Part shown: piece after piece, positions 26,940-38,292 of the stretch
Layout of the letters: every line of letters begins with the position of its first letter
Numbering within the stretch: the first letter of the stretch is position 1
Assembly: GCA_036679605.1 (NCBI GenBank)
Contig: JAZDCZ010000294.1
Span: forward strand, 1 to 40,714
Length of the DNA: 40,714 nucleotides
Source of the DNA: Gemmatimonadota bacterium
GTDB taxonomy: Bacteria; Gemmatimonadota; Gemmatimonadetes; Gemmatimonadales; GWC2-71-9
Direction of reading: 5' to 3'
Position numbers and translations under genes: made by a program
The notes under the pieces: model-generated
The model's database searches: none
Seen by the model: the letters and a program-made list of their open reading frames with translations, nothing else
Told to the model about the DNA's origin: nothing

Positions 26940-28223
26940 TCAGTGGGTTGCGTCATATCCGATCCTGATCGGTTCCAATGGGCTTTCACCACGAAAAGGA
27001 TGATTCGCAGATTCGCCTCGCAGGAAGTCAAGGAGCGAGCGGAACCGGTGGTTCCATGTGTGCTCGGCAGCACAGCGGGCACGTCCCATGGCAGCGATGG
27101 CTTCGCGAAATCTGTCGTCGAGAAGGAGTGAGCTGGCCTTGTTCACCAGCTCCTGCGTTGTGGAGTACACGACGATCTCCTCGCCAACTCGGAAGACGCG
27201 GTGAAGGTCCGGATTGTCCTGGGTGAGATAACAAGAGCCACTCATCGGACCGTCAAAATCACGCAACTTGAAGGCGCAGAGAGTCCGCGACTGCCCCACG
27301 CCGCCAACACCGAGAATGAGCTTGGACTGTGCGAACAGGTGAGGCACCTCTTCAGTGTCGATCCGACCGTTGGGCCAGCCGCTGCCATACGTCGTGACCG
27401 AGATATCCGTGCGTCGCAATGCCTCCACGAGCTGTGCTCGGATTCCGTAGTTCATACCCACGAATGTCACTTCATGGGCCTTCCCGAGCTCAGGCATTGG
27501 GTGAAAGAGCTCTGCGTCGCTAGCTTCTGGGAAAAACACTGCTGGGCAGCCTTCCGCGAGGTACCAATGCACCGCTTCGGGGGCGGCCGTTGCTGCCAAG
27601 TCTATGCCTGGAATCAGTCCCTTCGTTGAGAACGTTCGGCCGTGCTTTCTCTCCGGCTGAAACGTGTGCCGGTCATCCATGGCAATGTTGACGACAATGC
27701 AGCCGTGATCCTCCTTCACGCGCTGCAAGACCCCGCAAGGCATGTAACCGTCCCACATCTGGCCGATAAGTAGGTCAAACGCCTCGTCACGCTTGGCTGC
27801 ACCAGCGACCAGCTCGATCAGCCTCCTGCCATTGGACTCGCTCAAGCCGAAGCTCATCTGGCCTTTGCTCGTCGCCTGGCCGTAAGTGCCATCCTCCTTA
27901 GTGAAAGCCACAACGGAACCAAGTCGCTGCAACGCCTGGAGTATGCCGCTTGAATCCTGCATGTAATCAGTCCCGACGTATAGGATCCTGATGGGAGTTC
28001 GACGTGAGCGCAGCCGCGCGAGCCGGACTCCACCGCGACTTGAAAGGAGCACTCCTGCGTCCTTGGTGACAAGGGTTGCAGCCGAGTACCCACGCACGGT
28101 TTGCGCATAGCGCCGCTCGAGCCGCCGAGCTTTCTGCCACGCGGCCAGCCGTCCGAGGCCGGGTGTCGCCAGAATCAGTCGCTTGGTCCGCTGAAAACTC
28201 TTCTCTCGAAGCTCGACGTTCAT
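26940..28223 (-). CDS. CgeB/Glycos_transf_1_2-like glycosyltransferase
   Basis: FVG..YG.R, YGSGWP, KLRDFD.PMSG..YLT, IA..GR.R...EHTW..R; ATG coupled to the upstream TGA. Confidence 0.75.
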   Translation of the reverse strand: MNVELREKSFQRTKRLILATPGLGRLAAWQKARRLERRYAQTVRGYSAATLVTKDAGVLLSSRGGVRLARLRSRRTPIRILYVGTDYMQDSSGILQALQRLGSVVAFTKEDGTYGQATSKGQMSFGLSESNGRRLIELVAGAAKRDEAFDLLIGQMWDGYMPCGVLQRVKEDHGCIVVNIAMDDRHTFQPERKHGRTFSTKGLIPGIDLAATAAPEAVHWYLAEGCPAVFFPEASDAELFHPMPELGKAHEVTFVGMNYGIRAQLVEALRRTDISVTTYGSGWPNGRIDTEEVPHLFAQSKLILGVGGVGQSRTLCAFKLRDFDGPMSGSCYLTQDNPDLHRVFRVGEEIVVYSTTQELVNKASSLLLDDRFREAIAAMGRARCAAEHTWNHRFRSLLDFLRGESANHPFRGESPLEPIRIGYDATH

Positions 28224-29506
28224 CACGAACTTGCGCACGTGGTGGGACTTGTGCGTATGACGTCGTGAGCGGCAAACGAACCGCGCGGCTGGCCGGGTGC
28301 TATTCCGAAGGCCCAAACACACAACAGCGGGTAGATCGGAATCAAATATCGATGATAGGAGATAGGATACATCGTGATGAGAATCAGGAAAAGGCCTATA
28401 TACCTACCTACGGGAGCCATATTCATCGGGCGCGTACGTAGGTAGCGAGCTATGCCTGCTGCCGCGACGAATGCCATCAAGTAGGAAGAGGTGATGTTAC
28501 CGAACCAGCCGATGTCCAAGATGTTCTCGTAGGCTCTGGGATTCAGCATCGGCGACACGGTGCTGACGAGCGCGACGATGGGTGCCGCAATGAGATGTCC
28601 GAACGGATAGGCCTGAACGTTCGCCAAGGCGGCCATCAGCTGACCCGTCTGCGCTCCCAACTCTGTCGCGCGATAGAGCCGGATGGCCTGGAGGTTTCTG
28701 ATGACGTCCAAATCGACCCGCGCCAGCAGACCTAGCAGGAGCGAGGCTGCCAGGAGGTACCATATCATCTTCGCGCGGAGCACCCTAACCGCGATGAACC
28801 CGAGTGCGACCGGCAGGTAGAAGCTGCGGAACGCAACTGACACCAGTGCGAGACCGAGAACGGTGCCATACCGTGACTCCGAGCAGTACCTAGCAAACGC
28901 CGCTATGAAGAAGATTCCCCAGATCTCCTTGGTCAGCGAAAGGGCGTAGTAGGTTGTCAGCGGATTCAGCAGAATCAACGGGATTGCTCTCGCACTCACG
29001 TTAAGCCCGAGGTTATCGCCCAAGTGAAGCAGATGTCTAACGGCGAGAACAAGTAAGAGAAAATTCATCCCAAATATGAACAGCTGAGGTGCCCAGGGTG
29101 TTAGGTGGTAGGCAAGGGCACCTTGCAGGTAAAGGCCGAGGTTGTTCATCGTGAACACGCTGGCCTTGAGATTTGTGATCGTGTCCAAAAACCTGGTGAC
29201 GACGTTGGCGATGCCTAGGTCTTCGCTCGTCTTCATATAGGTCAGGCTGTCCCAGAGCTGGAGGCCACAGCCGTCATGCATCTGCCATTGGACGCAGTCC
29301 GCATATTGGGTGCTCCCGCTTGCGACGGGATCAAGGAGGAGCAAGACGTACGCACTACCGCTCGCCAGTATGAGCGCTAACAAGGCGACTGTGGCAAGTG
29401 CAGCGACGTTGGGGCCGGGGGGCAACCCGTAGTGCGCTCGAAGAAGTGCGGGGCTCACAGGCGCTCTACCGAACGCCGCCTCAGGGCTACGCTGCTTGGG
29501 GCTCAT
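28223..29506 (-). CDS. Polytopic membrane protein, probable Wzy polymerase
   Basis: About 10 hydrophobic segments; position after the flippase. Confidence 0.6.
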   Translation of the reverse strand: MSPKQRSPEAAFGRAPVSPALLRAHYGLPPGPNVAALATVALLALILASGSAYVLLLLDPVASGSTQYADCVQWQMHDGCGLQLWDSLTYMKTSEDLGIANVVTRFLDTITNLKASVFTMNNLGLYLQGALAYHLTPWAPQLFIFGMNFLLLVLAVRHLLHLGDNLGLNVSARAIPLILLNPLTTYYALSLTKEIWGIFFIAAFARYCSESRYGTVLGLALVSVAFRSFYLPVALGFIAVRVLRAKMIWYLLAASLLLGLLARVDLDVIRNLQAIRLYRATELGAQTGQLMAALANVQAYPFGHLIAAPIVALVSTVSPMLNPRAYENILDIGWFGNITSSYLMAFVAAAGIARYLRTRPMNMAPVGRYIGLFLILITMYPISYHRYLIPIYPLLCVWAFGIAPGQPRGSFAAHDVIRTSPTTCASS

Positions 29507-30845
29507 GATCCAAGGTCTTGAGGATTCTCGTATTGACAAACGTCACCGCAGCAAAATGGAGTGCCTGGATGGCCAACACTCCGTAGACCACCCCAGCGAG
29601 CCCGAACCTTGCGCCAGAGAATGGCACAACCACGCTGGCGGTTGCGCCAACTGCAAGCCTGATCCAGAGATAACCGACGGTCTTCTTAACAACCAGGCCT
29701 GTTAACGTAGCTTGTTGGGACATGCCGAAAAACAATGCCGATAACAGCAAGACCCAGAAGAATTGGGCACCAGCGTCATAAGCGGTTGTTGATACGACTG
29801 AGATGATCTCGTGTGGCCACAGGTAGTACACCACGAGCAACGGCGCCACCGCCGCCACCAATACATAAGTGACAGCCCGCACGACTTTGATGCTTCGCTC
29901 AATGCGCCGCGCCTCATCACCCTTGCCTGCCAGTGCGAAGATCTCTGGCGCCAATCCTCTATGGAGGGCTGCCATGCCAGAGGTCATGAGGCTCATCGTA
30001 AGGACCATCATAACGCCGTACATACCGACCGTGTCGTTATCTGTAAAGCGAGCGAGAACCCATCGATCGATGTAGAGCATCACGTAACTTGGAACGGCCC
30101 AAAGAACGAACGGGAGGGCATAACGGGCAATCGGCTTTGCCAAACTCCGCTCGTTTTGTGGAAGTTCACTGGCGTTCACCGGTTCCCGAAGTCGATGAAC
30201 CCGCCAAATCGCGAACATCTGGCTGGTAAGAACTGCAAGAAGGGCAACAGCAAAGCCCCCCAGAAATCCCTCCAGGCGTGGTGTGCCCAGCGCGTACACG
30301 ACGCCAACGGAGATGACCTGTCCCCACGGCGTGAAAAGGATGAAGAGGCTCGTCACCAAATGTCGTCGGGATGCGTTGAGAACGCTCGCGCCCAGCGCGA
30401 GAAGCCCTTGCAGCACTCCTAACAGCAAACCGACGGTGACAAATAACGTCGACTGCATGGCAGAATCGAGGAGCCAGATCTCGATGGGATCCGCTCGAAT
30501 AATCAGGATGGCAGAGAACGGAACAAGGACCGCGACGGTAGCGAGTATCGACAGTGTGCGCAAGTACTCGGCGAGCCGTCCCTCCTCCTGTGCCTCCTGA
30601 TAGAACCGTAGCGCGGTCTGTTCGAGGGGGCCAAAAAGCAGCCACTGTGTGGCGGTGCTCACTGCGAGGACGAGAATGTAGAGGCCGAAATCCGACGGTG
30701 AGACAAGGTTAGACACGAGCTTGAACAGGAGCAACTGGCCGACGATGGCAAACACGTGCGCGCCGCCGACGAGCGCCGGGCCGCGCATACGGAACCCGCC
30801 CGCCCAGGTAGTTCGGGCGAGCGGCTTGAGGGTAGTCACAGTCAT
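29487..30845 (-). CDS. wzx: Wzx-type oligosaccharide flippase
   Basis: ~12 TMs; SPSDFGLY, YIDRWVL......VGMY. Confidence 0.85.
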   Translation of the reverse strand: MTVTTLKPLARTTWAGGFRMRGPALVGGAHVFAIVGQLLLFKLVSNLVSPSDFGLYILVLAVSTATQWLLFGPLEQTALRFYQEAQEEGRLAEYLRTLSILATVAVLVPFSAILIIRADPIEIWLLDSAMQSTLFVTVGLLLGVLQGLLALGASVLNASRRHLVTSLFILFTPWGQVISVGVVYALGTPRLEGFLGGFAVALLAVLTSQMFAIWRVHRLREPVNASELPQNERSLAKPIARYALPFVLWAVPSYVMLYIDRWVLARFTDNDTVGMYGVMMVLTMSLMTSGMAALHRGLAPEIFALAGKGDEARRIERSIKVVRAVTYVLVAAVAPLLVVYYLWPHEIISVVSTTAYDAGAQFFWVLLLSALFFGMSQQATLTGLVVKKTVGYLWIRLAVGATASVVVPFSGARFGLAGVVYGVLAIQALHFAAVTFVNTRILKTLDHEPQAA

Positions 30846-30951
30846 TTGGCGGAGGTGCAGAGTTCGGCGAGGACGTCACGGACGGGATTTGCGACTTCAG
30901 CTTCACCGCTGGCGTCAGCGCACCGCTCGGCCGTTCGGTTCGCAGCGCACG

Positions 30952-32073
30952 TCATGAGTCTTCCTCGGCTTCGGATCTTGGAGAAAGCCCAAAGCCTTGC
31001 CTGATGCGCTCCCATCGGGAGGCGAGCTCCTGAAAGTCCCGTCGGTTGTTCTGTCTCGCACGATCGACGTACTCGCCCCAAAGCATTCCAGCGAACGCCA
31101 ACACGGTGCCGAGAAACGCCGCGACCACGATGTTCCGAACTGGTCGGGGACTCGACTTACGTTGGGGGGGCACTGCACCATCGATAACCGTAATCAGCGG
31201 CGTGTCATTGACCTCTTGGATGCGAGCTTGCTCATACTCCCTACGAAGTGTGATCAGGACCTCCTGCTTGATGGTGACCTGCCGCTGCAGCCGATCATGT
31301 TGGAATCGGAGTTCTGGTGAGTTTTCGAACGCACGGTTCTGTTCTAGGAACCGTCTCAACGCTTCCTCGGCTTGGTGCAGCTCAGATTCGGTCTCAGTGA
31401 CCCGTTCCTCGGTGAAGCTTCGGCGGGCATGAGCACTTGATTGACGGGTTTCTAGATTGAAGTGGTTGAGGGACCCAACCAAGCTGTCAGCCACGTCGGC
31501 CGAGAGTGTAGGGTAGCGGGTTTCAACTTCCAGTGTTATCACATTGCTCTCATTGTCTATCCCGATCGAGATCGCTTTTTCGAGTGCCTTCCGCCCATGC
31601 TCAAGTCGCTGGGGGGTGTCGCGGCCCTCTCCCTCTATGGCGAGGATGTCGAGTAGCGTTGCGCTGTCCTGCTCTGTCTCTGTGCGTGGGTCCAGGAAGC
31701 GAGACACCAGAACATGGTCCATGATGCTGCGGCTGCGCAGGACCGTGGCGTAGAACTTCGGCGGGGCAGTACCTTGCTGAATATCAACCCCGAATTGCGA
31801 GGCCAGTCCGGCGAGTCCGCTTGGAACACTCTGATTTTGACTCTGTGTCTCGGGTAGGATCGTCGTTGTAGCCGTGTATCTCGCGGGACCCAGCACCGAT
31901 AGGATGCCAGTAACTCCTACTGCCACAACTGGCACGCCACCCACGAGCCGCCACCGTTTTAGAATGGCGCTGAGGATGTGCAGGACCGTGACCTGCTCCA
32001 ACGTACCTTCGGGCCCAGGGGCGCTGGTCTTGTTCGGTTCCTCAGGGAGAGCTGCCTCCGACGTGCTCCTCAT
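30952..32073 (-). CDS. Wzz/GumC chain-length determinant
   Basis: Two TMs flanking a coiled coil; RY.ATT, LAGLASQFG, VID.AVPP..KSSP. Confidence 0.85.
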   Translation of the reverse strand: MRSTSEAALPEEPNKTSAPGPEGTLEQVTVLHILSAILKRWRLVGGVPVVAVGVTGILSVLGPARYTATTTILPETQSQNQSVPSGLAGLASQFGVDIQQGTAPPKFYATVLRSRSIMDHVLVSRFLDPRTETEQDSATLLDILAIEGEGRDTPQRLEHGRKALEKAISIGIDNESNVITLEVETRYPTLSADVADSLVGSLNHFNLETRQSSAHARRSFTEERVTETESELHQAEEALRRFLEQNRAFENSPELRFQHDRLQRQVTIKQEVLITLRREYEQARIQEVNDTPLITVIDGAVPPQRKSSPRPVRNIVVAAFLGTVLAFAGMLWGEYVDRARQNNRRDFQELASRWERIRQGFGLSPRSEAEEDS

Positions 32074-32298
32074 GGCACCTGCTGTCCATGGGTCGCGCAC
32101 CCGACGCGGATGCTCAGATTCGTCGGGTTCTTGGCCAATGTCCGGGGCCTTGATCGCAGGATCCGCAGAGGTCTCGGCAATGCGCCGAGGCTGTTCGCCA
32201 TGCCCAGTTATCCGACGTCCTTTCTCACGCGATCTCTGGACATCATCCGGTCCGACTCGCTCGCCATGGTCCGCTCCTCACGCGACGGTGTGCGGTGA

Positions 32299-33303
32299 TC
32301 ACGCAGGTTTCTCCGCTGCGGTGCACGCGGAATCCGGCGTCGATGCTCTGGCGCATTCCACTTGGCTCGCTATCCACGGATAAGTAGCAACCATCCCCTC
32401 CCGAAGCGAGAATCTCGGCTTCCAGCCAGCGGAATAAATTCTGTCGTTACTGAAGTTCCTTGACCTCACACCAACTGGTCCGTTCACGCACTGCACCTTT
32501 ATATTCTTGCCGGCAACTTCGCAGACAGTCGCAACTAGCTCCTTCACCGATACGTATTCGGGCGAGCCGATGTTTGTCGGCCCTTCAAGATCGGAGTCCA
32601 TGAGCCTACGGATGCCGTCTGCCATGTCGTCAACGTACGTGTACGAGCGGATGGCAGTGCCGTCACCCCAGACCTCGATAGTGCCGCCATCCTCTACCTC
32701 GGCGATCTTACGGCAAATGGCTGCGGGTGCTTTTTCCCTCCCACCGGTCCACGTACCTTCTGGACCATAACAATTCTGAAAGCGCGCGATCCGGATGTTC
32801 ATCTCGTATCGGCGTCCATATGCCATGGCCATTCGCTCCGCGTACAGCTTTTCCCAGCCGTACTCATTGTCTGGTTGTGCCGGGTACGCTTGCTCTTCCG
32901 TTAGCTCCGGTTCACCTGCAGCCATGTCCCGGTAGATGCAGACTGAAGAAGAAAAGAAGTACCGGCTTACTCCTGTCTCAGCCGAAGCGTCGATCATGTT
33001 AAGGTTAATCAATGCGTTATTGCGCATGATCTCGCATTCGGCCGAGTGGATAAATCCCATACCTCCCATGTCGGCCGCTAGCTGGTACACTTCGTCGAAC
33101 TTGTGACAACCGTCCGGGGCTAACGCTCGCTCACATCCTCCGGCATCACGTAGATCTAGCGACATGAACTCGTCCGCAGCCGATGAGGAGAATTCCGGGT
33201 GCTTGATGTCGACACCACGAACCCAGTAACCCTCTTGCTTCAGCCGTCTTACGAGGTGGCTCGCTATGAAACCACCGGCGCCACATACTAATGCACGCTT
33301 CAC
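32299..33303 (-). CDS. NAD-dependent epimerase, GDP-mannose 3,5-epimerase-like
   Basis: [49 protein letters not shown]. Confidence 0.85.
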   Translation of the reverse strand: MKRALVCGAGGFIASHLVRRLKQEGYWVRGVDIKHPEFSSSAADEFMSLDLRDAGGCERALAPDGCHKFDEVYQLAADMGGMGFIHSAECEIMRNNALINLNMIDASAETGVSRYFFSSSVCIYRDMAAGEPELTEEQAYPAQPDNEYGWEKLYAERMAMAYGRRYEMNIRIARFQNCYGPEGTWTGGREKAPAAICRKIAEVEDGGTIEVWGDGTAIRSYTYVDDMADGIRRLMDSDLEGPTNIGSPEYVSVKELVATVCEVAGKNIKVQCVNGPVGVRSRNFSNDRIYSAGWKPRFSLREGMVATYPWIASQVECARASTPDSACTAAEKPA

Positions 33304-34331
33304 AAGGTGCTCCTCCTTATCAAGTGCTTATTGCTGTTTTCAGCAGTTTGTACGGTGTCAAGATCTGCGTCAACCATCATATGCACGAGTTCTTTAAAAG
33401 TGATTTTCGGTTCCCACCCAAGTTTCTCATGAGCCTTTGAAGCGTCTCCAATGAGGAGGTCAACTTCGGTGGGTCTGTAATATCTCGGATCAATTTCGAC
33501 GTATTGCGCCCAATCTAACTCGGCATATGAGAACGCCTCATCCAAAAACTCCCGTACCGAATGTGTCTCACCGGTAGCCAGTACATAATCATCAGGGTTT
33601 TCTTGTTGCAGCATGAGCCACATGCCTTCCACATAGTCTCCTGCGTAACCCCAGTCACGTTTCGCATCCAGATTGCCCAAGTATAGTTTATCTTGCGTAC
33701 CAACAAGAATATTGGCGATTGCCCGAGTAATCTTACGTGTCACAAAAGTCTCACCGCGTCTTGGCGACTCATGGTTGAAGAGTATGCCGTTGCATGCGAA
33801 CATGCCATACGCCTCGCGGTAGTTCACCGTCGAATAATAGGCGAAGGCCTTCGCGCAGGCATAGGGACTCCGAGGATTGAAGGGTGTAGTCTCACGCTGG
33901 GGCGTTTCTACCACCTTGCCGTACAGTTCGCTGCTTGAGGCTTGATAGAACTTCGTGTCGACCTCCGTCTCACGGATGGCCTCGAGTAGCCGAACGCAGC
34001 CGGTACCCGTAATATCGGCGGTGTACTCCGGTATGTCGAAGCTGGTCCTCACGTGGCTTTGAGCTGCAAGATTGTAGACTTCGTCGGGCTTTATGGCCTT
34101 GACGATTTGATTTAGCGAGCTTGCGTCACCGAGATCTCCGTACACTAAGTGCAGATGTACATCCGGATTGTGCGGATCATCATAGAGGTGGTCGATTCTG
34201 GCAGTATTGAAGGTGCTTGAGCGCCGGATGATACCAAATACTTCATAGCCCTTGGCCAGAAGGAACTCGGCTAGGTAGGATCCGTCCTGTCCCGTGATTC
34301 CAGTGATTAGAGCTTTCAGCGGTTTGCCCAT
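33300..34331 (-). CDS. gmd: GDP-mannose 4,6-dehydratase
   Basis: [67 protein letters not shown]. Confidence 0.98.
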   Translation of the reverse strand: MGKPLKALITGITGQDGSYLAEFLLAKGYEVFGIIRRSSTFNTARIDHLYDDPHNPDVHLHLVYGDLGDASSLNQIVKAIKPDEVYNLAAQSHVRTSFDIPEYTADITGTGCVRLLEAIRETEVDTKFYQASSSELYGKVVETPQRETTPFNPRSPYACAKAFAYYSTVNYREAYGMFACNGILFNHESPRRGETFVTRKITRAIANILVGTQDKLYLGNLDAKRDWGYAGDYVEGMWLMLQQENPDDYVLATGETHSVREFLDEAFSYAELDWAQYVEIDPRYYRPTEVDLLIGDASKAHEKLGWEPKITFKELVHMMVDADLDTVQTAENSNKHLIRRSTL

Positions 34332-34344
34332 GTCTGTTGCGATC

Positions 34345-36888
34345 CTACCTTGTCGCCACCACAATCACCGTGGTTATACCAACCAGGATCGAAGCGATAT
34401 TTCCAAACAGGGTGACAAAATCCACTCTATCTGACGGATCCTTGGCCGGCACAAGCACCGTACTTCCCGGCCCAGGCTTAGGCGAGGAACGGAAAAACAG
34501 GAACTTGCTCTTGGTTTTCGCCGAGCCGTTAGCGTAACGCACGCTGGCCTTCCCCTTGTCTGCCAGCCGCGCAAAGCCGCCCGCATTGGCGATGTAATAA
34601 TCTAGGCCGGCGCCCTTGCTGAACAGCACGCTCGTTGGCGTGTTTACCGCTCCGATGACTCGTACGGTCGGGTTGTACTCCGGGATGAAGAGTGAGTCGC
34701 CGGGCTGTAGCATAATGTCGTGTCCGTTGGCGGGGTTCTGCAACACCTTTTCCAGATCCACATTCACCTGACCCGCCGAGTCCAAAGACCTGAAGAAGCG
34801 GGCCCCTCCCACATAGGCCGTGCTCAGCAATCCACCGGCTCGCCGCACCAAATCGCTTACCCGCTCGTCTTTTCGGGTCAGAGCGTACATGCCGGGAAAC
34901 AGCACCTCGCCAAAAATCTCAGCCGTCCGCTGTAACTCGAACTGCGGCTGGCGGAATATCGTGATCTGATCGTACGGCTCGAGCGATACCTCCGGTGCGC
35001 CGCTCGGCTGCGCAGGGAGCCCCGGCAGTCGGGGATAGCTGCTCGATCCCGGCTCAAAGATATAGGTGGAGTCCAGCGGCACCCGCCGCTGGATCGCCAG
35101 TGTGCCGCCCGTCCTGTCCGCCGGCAGCCGCGCGATCTCGGCCGAGTCGAGCCAAGCACCGTCGCGAAGGCCCCGTGCCATTAGCACCAAATCCCTTAAC
35201 GTCATCCCGCCCCGAAACGGGAACCTGCCAGGTTGATTGACCATGCCTGCGATCGATACCGTACGCGGCTGCCTCAGTTCGGCCCGCCCGTAGATCGTCA
35301 CAATGTCGTAGTCCTGTAGCAGCACGTCGTCGGGGTAGGGCAGAGAGCTGTCCGCCGGTAGCCCTGCTACTACGAGGTAGCGCGTCGAGTCGGCCGCGTT
35401 AAGTCGCTCGATGTGGGCTCGCCCGGAGTAGACCGCCGACTGAAATCCACCCGCCAACTCGATCAGGTCACTCAGGCGTAGGCCCTGCCGCCAGCCGTAC
35501 GTGCCCGGCTGGTAGACGTTTCCGATCAACTCTACAGTCGAGCGTATCGCTTCGGGCACCTCGAATACGGTTACGAAGTCGCCACCCTCTATGGGGAAGA
35601 GTGGTGCGTGCCCGGCCTCTATCTGGTCGATCGGAACATCGACCACTATTCGGTCGGCTCCGCCGGGCTGACGTACGTTGGGCGGTACGATGCGGGAGAT
35701 TGAAATGCGGCGGAGCGCCGCCGTCACGTCGAAGCCGCCTGCCGCCTGCACCAGATCGTCGAGCGTCTGACCTTGCTTGAGATCGTAGATCGCCGGTCGC
35801 AAGACCGCCCCGCTGATGCTCGCCCTGATGCCGTGCACCGGCACGAACACCACATCCCCCTGCTCCAGGATCACATCGTTGCGTGTATCGCCTGCCAGCA
35901 GATAGTCGTACAGGTCGAACACCGCGACCGTATCGCCTCGGCGTCGCACCATGATATTGCGGAAGTTGGCCCGCTCGGTTGGGCCGCCCGCCGCATACAG
36001 CGCATTCAGCACGGTGGCAACGGAAGCCAGTTGATACGCGGCCGGCTGGGCCACTTCGCCGATCACGAATATCTGATTGGCGTGGAGTCTCGCGACCGTG
36101 ATGTCAAAGCGCGTCGTTCCGGCCTGGATGCCGGAGTACGACTGGCCGAGCCTCCGCCTCAGCAGAATCCGCAACTGCTCCATCGTCAGGTTTGCCACTG
36201 CGATCTGGCCGACCTGTGGGATCACGATGAAGCCCCCGCGGGTCACTTCCAGCTCTCGCGCCAACTCTACGTCGCCCGTAATGACCAACACCATCACGTC
36301 GCCGGGTCCGACGCGGTAGTTGGGCGGCACCGGACCGGACAGCACCGGCTGGAAGCGGGTTGTCCGACCGCCGAACACGTCGAGCCCGAACACTTGGAGC
36401 GGCTCGACTTGCGCCAGCGAATCGACCTCTGCACTGTCGGCCAAGATCTTGAGCGAATCGAGGCCGGTTTGCAGCGGCACCTCCTCCAATCCCTGTGCTT
36501 GCATTTGCCGGATGCCCAGCATCCCGAGCGCCTGCGCGGCCTGCTCGCTGACGCCCCCCAAAACGGCAAGCGAATCGGCCGTCATGAACTGATCGAGCAG
36601 GGTGGGGGAGTATCCTGCGGCTCGGAGTTGTGACCGAATCTCGGCTGGGGTGAGGCCCGACTCGCGTATGCGCTGCCGCACCAGCTCGGGGTTGCGTCTC
36701 AGTTGCTCGATCTGTTGCGGAGTTAGCTGTTGGGCGTGCGCCGTGACGACCGCTCCAGCGCACAGCAGCACTGCCGTCGCATGGACGCGTATGCCTCGAA
36801 TGACACGCTGTCTGATGCATGAAAAAAACAGCGATAGCTGTGGCGGCAAACGCGGCCTCTGGATGTCAAAGTTAACTTTGTAGCGCAA
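34345..36888 (-). CDS. Large multi-SLBB polysaccharide export protein (KpsD/Wza-like); start uncertain
   Basis: YRVGPGD, G.IVIPQVG, repeated GEV..P / L..AGG / GD...VP units, C-terminal helix. Confidence 0.88.
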   Translation of the reverse strand: MRYKVNFDIQRPRLPPQLSLFFSCIRQRVIRGIRVHATAVLLCAGAVVTAHAQQLTPQQIEQLRRNPELVRQRIRESGLTPAEIRSQLRAAGYSPTLLDQFMTADSLAVLGGVSEQAAQALGMLGIRQMQAQGLEEVPLQTGLDSLKILADSAEVDSLAQVEPLQVFGLDVFGGRTTRFQPVLSGPVPPNYRVGPGDVMVLVITGDVELARELEVTRGGFIVIPQVGQIAVANLTMEQLRILLRRRLGQSYSGIQAGTTRFDITVARLHANQIFVIGEVAQPAAYQLASVATVLNALYAAGGPTERANFRNIMVRRRGDTVAVFDLYDYLLAGDTRNDVILEQGDVVFVPVHGIRASISGAVLRPAIYDLKQGQTLDDLVQAAGGFDVTAALRRISISRIVPPNVRQPGGADRIVVDVPIDQIEAGHAPLFPIEGGDFVTVFEVPEAIRSTVELIGNVYQPGTYGWRQGLRLSDLIELAGGFQSAVYSGRAHIERLNAADSTRYLVVAGLPADSSLPYPDDVLLQDYDIVTIYGRAELRQPRTVSIAGMVNQPGRFPFRGGMTLRDLVLMARGLRDGAWLDSAEIARLPADRTGGTLAIQRRVPLDSTYIFEPGSSSYPRLPGLPAQPSGAPEVSLEPYDQITIFRQPQFELQRTAEIFGEVLFPGMYALTRKDERVSDLVRRAGGLLSTAYVGGARFFRSLDSAGQVNVDLEKVLQNPANGHDIMLQPGDSLFIPEYNPTVRVIGAVNTPTSVLFSKGAGLDYYIANAGGFARLADKGKASVRYANGSAKTKSKFLFFRSSPKPGPGSTVLVPAKDPSDRVDFVTLFGNIASILVGITTVIVVATR

Positions 36889-36974
36889 AGTACTTTAACA
36901 GCCCCCGAAAGGGCCGTCAAGCGGCGCGAAAGATGCGGGCTAAATTCCTGGCAGTCAAGGGGTTGTGAAACAGG

Positions 36975-37098
36975 TAGTAGGGAGTGGGGAGTGGGGAGTC
37001 CTTTAGGACCCTTTTCTCGGCCGAGCCCGGCCTTGTTAGGCCGGGACCATCGCAAACAGACTCACCGGCGCACCCGAGCGCGCGTTTTCTAACGCGCG
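36975..37098 (+). repeat. GGGAGT arm + element B (36998-37054) + family-D hairpin with CGAG foot (37075-37098)
   Basis: Visible; matches the other copies. Confidence 0.85.
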
Positions 37099-37195
37099 AA
37101 CAACGGGAGAACGCCCGATTCCCAGCCAAGGATCACTGGGTGCGCATTCCCAGGAGATGTGCCCGACGTTCGCGCGCGGCTGGTCTCTTCTCACC

Positions 37196-37243
37196 TTGAC
37201 CGGGCCTCCGATACTCGTAGATTTGTAAGGAATCCTTGTTTCC
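37196..37243 (+). promoter_or_regulatory. Probable promoter TTGACC-16-TAGATT with AAGGAATCCTT palindrome (operator)
   Basis: Consensus-like elements upstream of the AbrB antitoxin. Confidence 0.5.
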
Positions 37244-37303
37244 TTTCTTCCTCACCTTGCCTTGAGCACGGCTACGGAGAGGGAGCAACGAGTGGAGAGC
37301 GCC

Positions 37304-37528
37304 ATGCCAATCGCCAAGAAGACCTCGAAGAATCAGATCACCCTTCCATGTTCCGTCGTGGATCGATTCCCAGGTGTCAACTATTTCGAAGTGCGGGAGG
37401 AGGATGGCCGGATTGTACTGTGTCCGGTCCGCCCCGAGCGGGCCGACGAGGTTCGCAGGAAGCTCGCTGCGCTTGGAATCGAGCAGGGAAATGTTGAGGC
37501 TGCCCTGCGTTGGGCCCGGGGGAAGTGA
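37304..37528 (+). CDS. AbrB/MazE/SpoVT family antitoxin
   Basis: AKKTSKNQITLP...V....GV.YFEV..EDGRIVL.P; RBS GGAGAG. Confidence 0.85.
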   Translation: MPIAKKTSKNQITLPCSVVDRFPGVNYFEVREEDGRIVLCPVRPERADEVRRKLAALGIEQGNVEAALRWARGK

Positions 37529-37944
37529 TCCGGCGAGTGGTGCTGGACACCAACGTGGTCGTCTCGGCCCTCCTTTTCGAACGTGGCCGGCTGTCCTGGC
37601 TTCGGCCGGCGTCGATCGCGGGGGACTTCCGTCCGCTGGTCTCCCACGCCACCGCCGCGGAATTTCTCCGGGTCCTGTCTTATCCCAAGTTCCACCTCTC
37701 CGATCGGGAGATCGAGGCCGTTCTCGGTGACTTTCTTCCCTTCGCGGAGCCCGTTGAGGTGAAAGAGACGACCGCCGTGTTGCCCCGGCTTCCGGACCCG
37801 GACGACCGCATCTTCCTCCAGCTCGCCGAGGCCGGAACAGCCGAGTTTCTGGTCACGGGAGATCGGGATCTCCTCGCAGTCCCCCCGCCTGGTGACTATC
37901 GGATCATCTCGCCCACCGAGTTTGAGGCCATCCTCAGGGGCTGA
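37525..37944 (+). CDS. PIN-family toxin (TIGR00305-like)
   Basis: RVVLDTNVVVSALLF, RVLSYPKF, DPDD..FL.LA..G.A..LVTGD.DLL; GTGA overlap. Confidence 0.9.
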   Translation: MIRRVVLDTNVVVSALLFERGRLSWLRPASIAGDFRPLVSHATAAEFLRVLSYPKFHLSDREIEAVLGDFLPFAEPVEVKETTAVLPRLPDPDDRIFLQLAEAGTAEFLVTGDRDLLAVPPPGDYRIISPTEFEAILRG

Positions 37945-37966
37945 CGGAGAGACAATCCGGTCGTTC

Positions 37967-38106
37967 AGGGATACGGGAAAACGGGAAAAGGAGGCCGGTT
38001 GGCAGAATCAAAGAGATATCACGTCGCTGTTAGCGACATCAGCCGAGCAGCGACTCTCATGTCGCTGATCATTTATGGTGAAACGTGAGATGTGAAGAGT
38101 GAAACG
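37967..38106 (+). repeat. GGGAAAA arm + element A (37999-38067) + (GTGAAA.)n arm
   Basis: This element A copy has a compensatory C>A / G>T change in stem 2. Confidence 0.88.
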
Positions 38107-38292
38107 TTGCGCGCATTGCGAGCGAAGGACGAAGGCGATATCCGTTTCAAGTCTGTAGCACACGCTCGAGTTTCGCCAACGCTGCGTCTCGCTTCCGGGT
38201 ATCCGTCTTTCGGATATTGAGGAGCTTCCACTGGATGTCTTCTGCAATGATGCCCAGTGCGGCACCGATTCCTCGCAAGAACTCACTACGAA

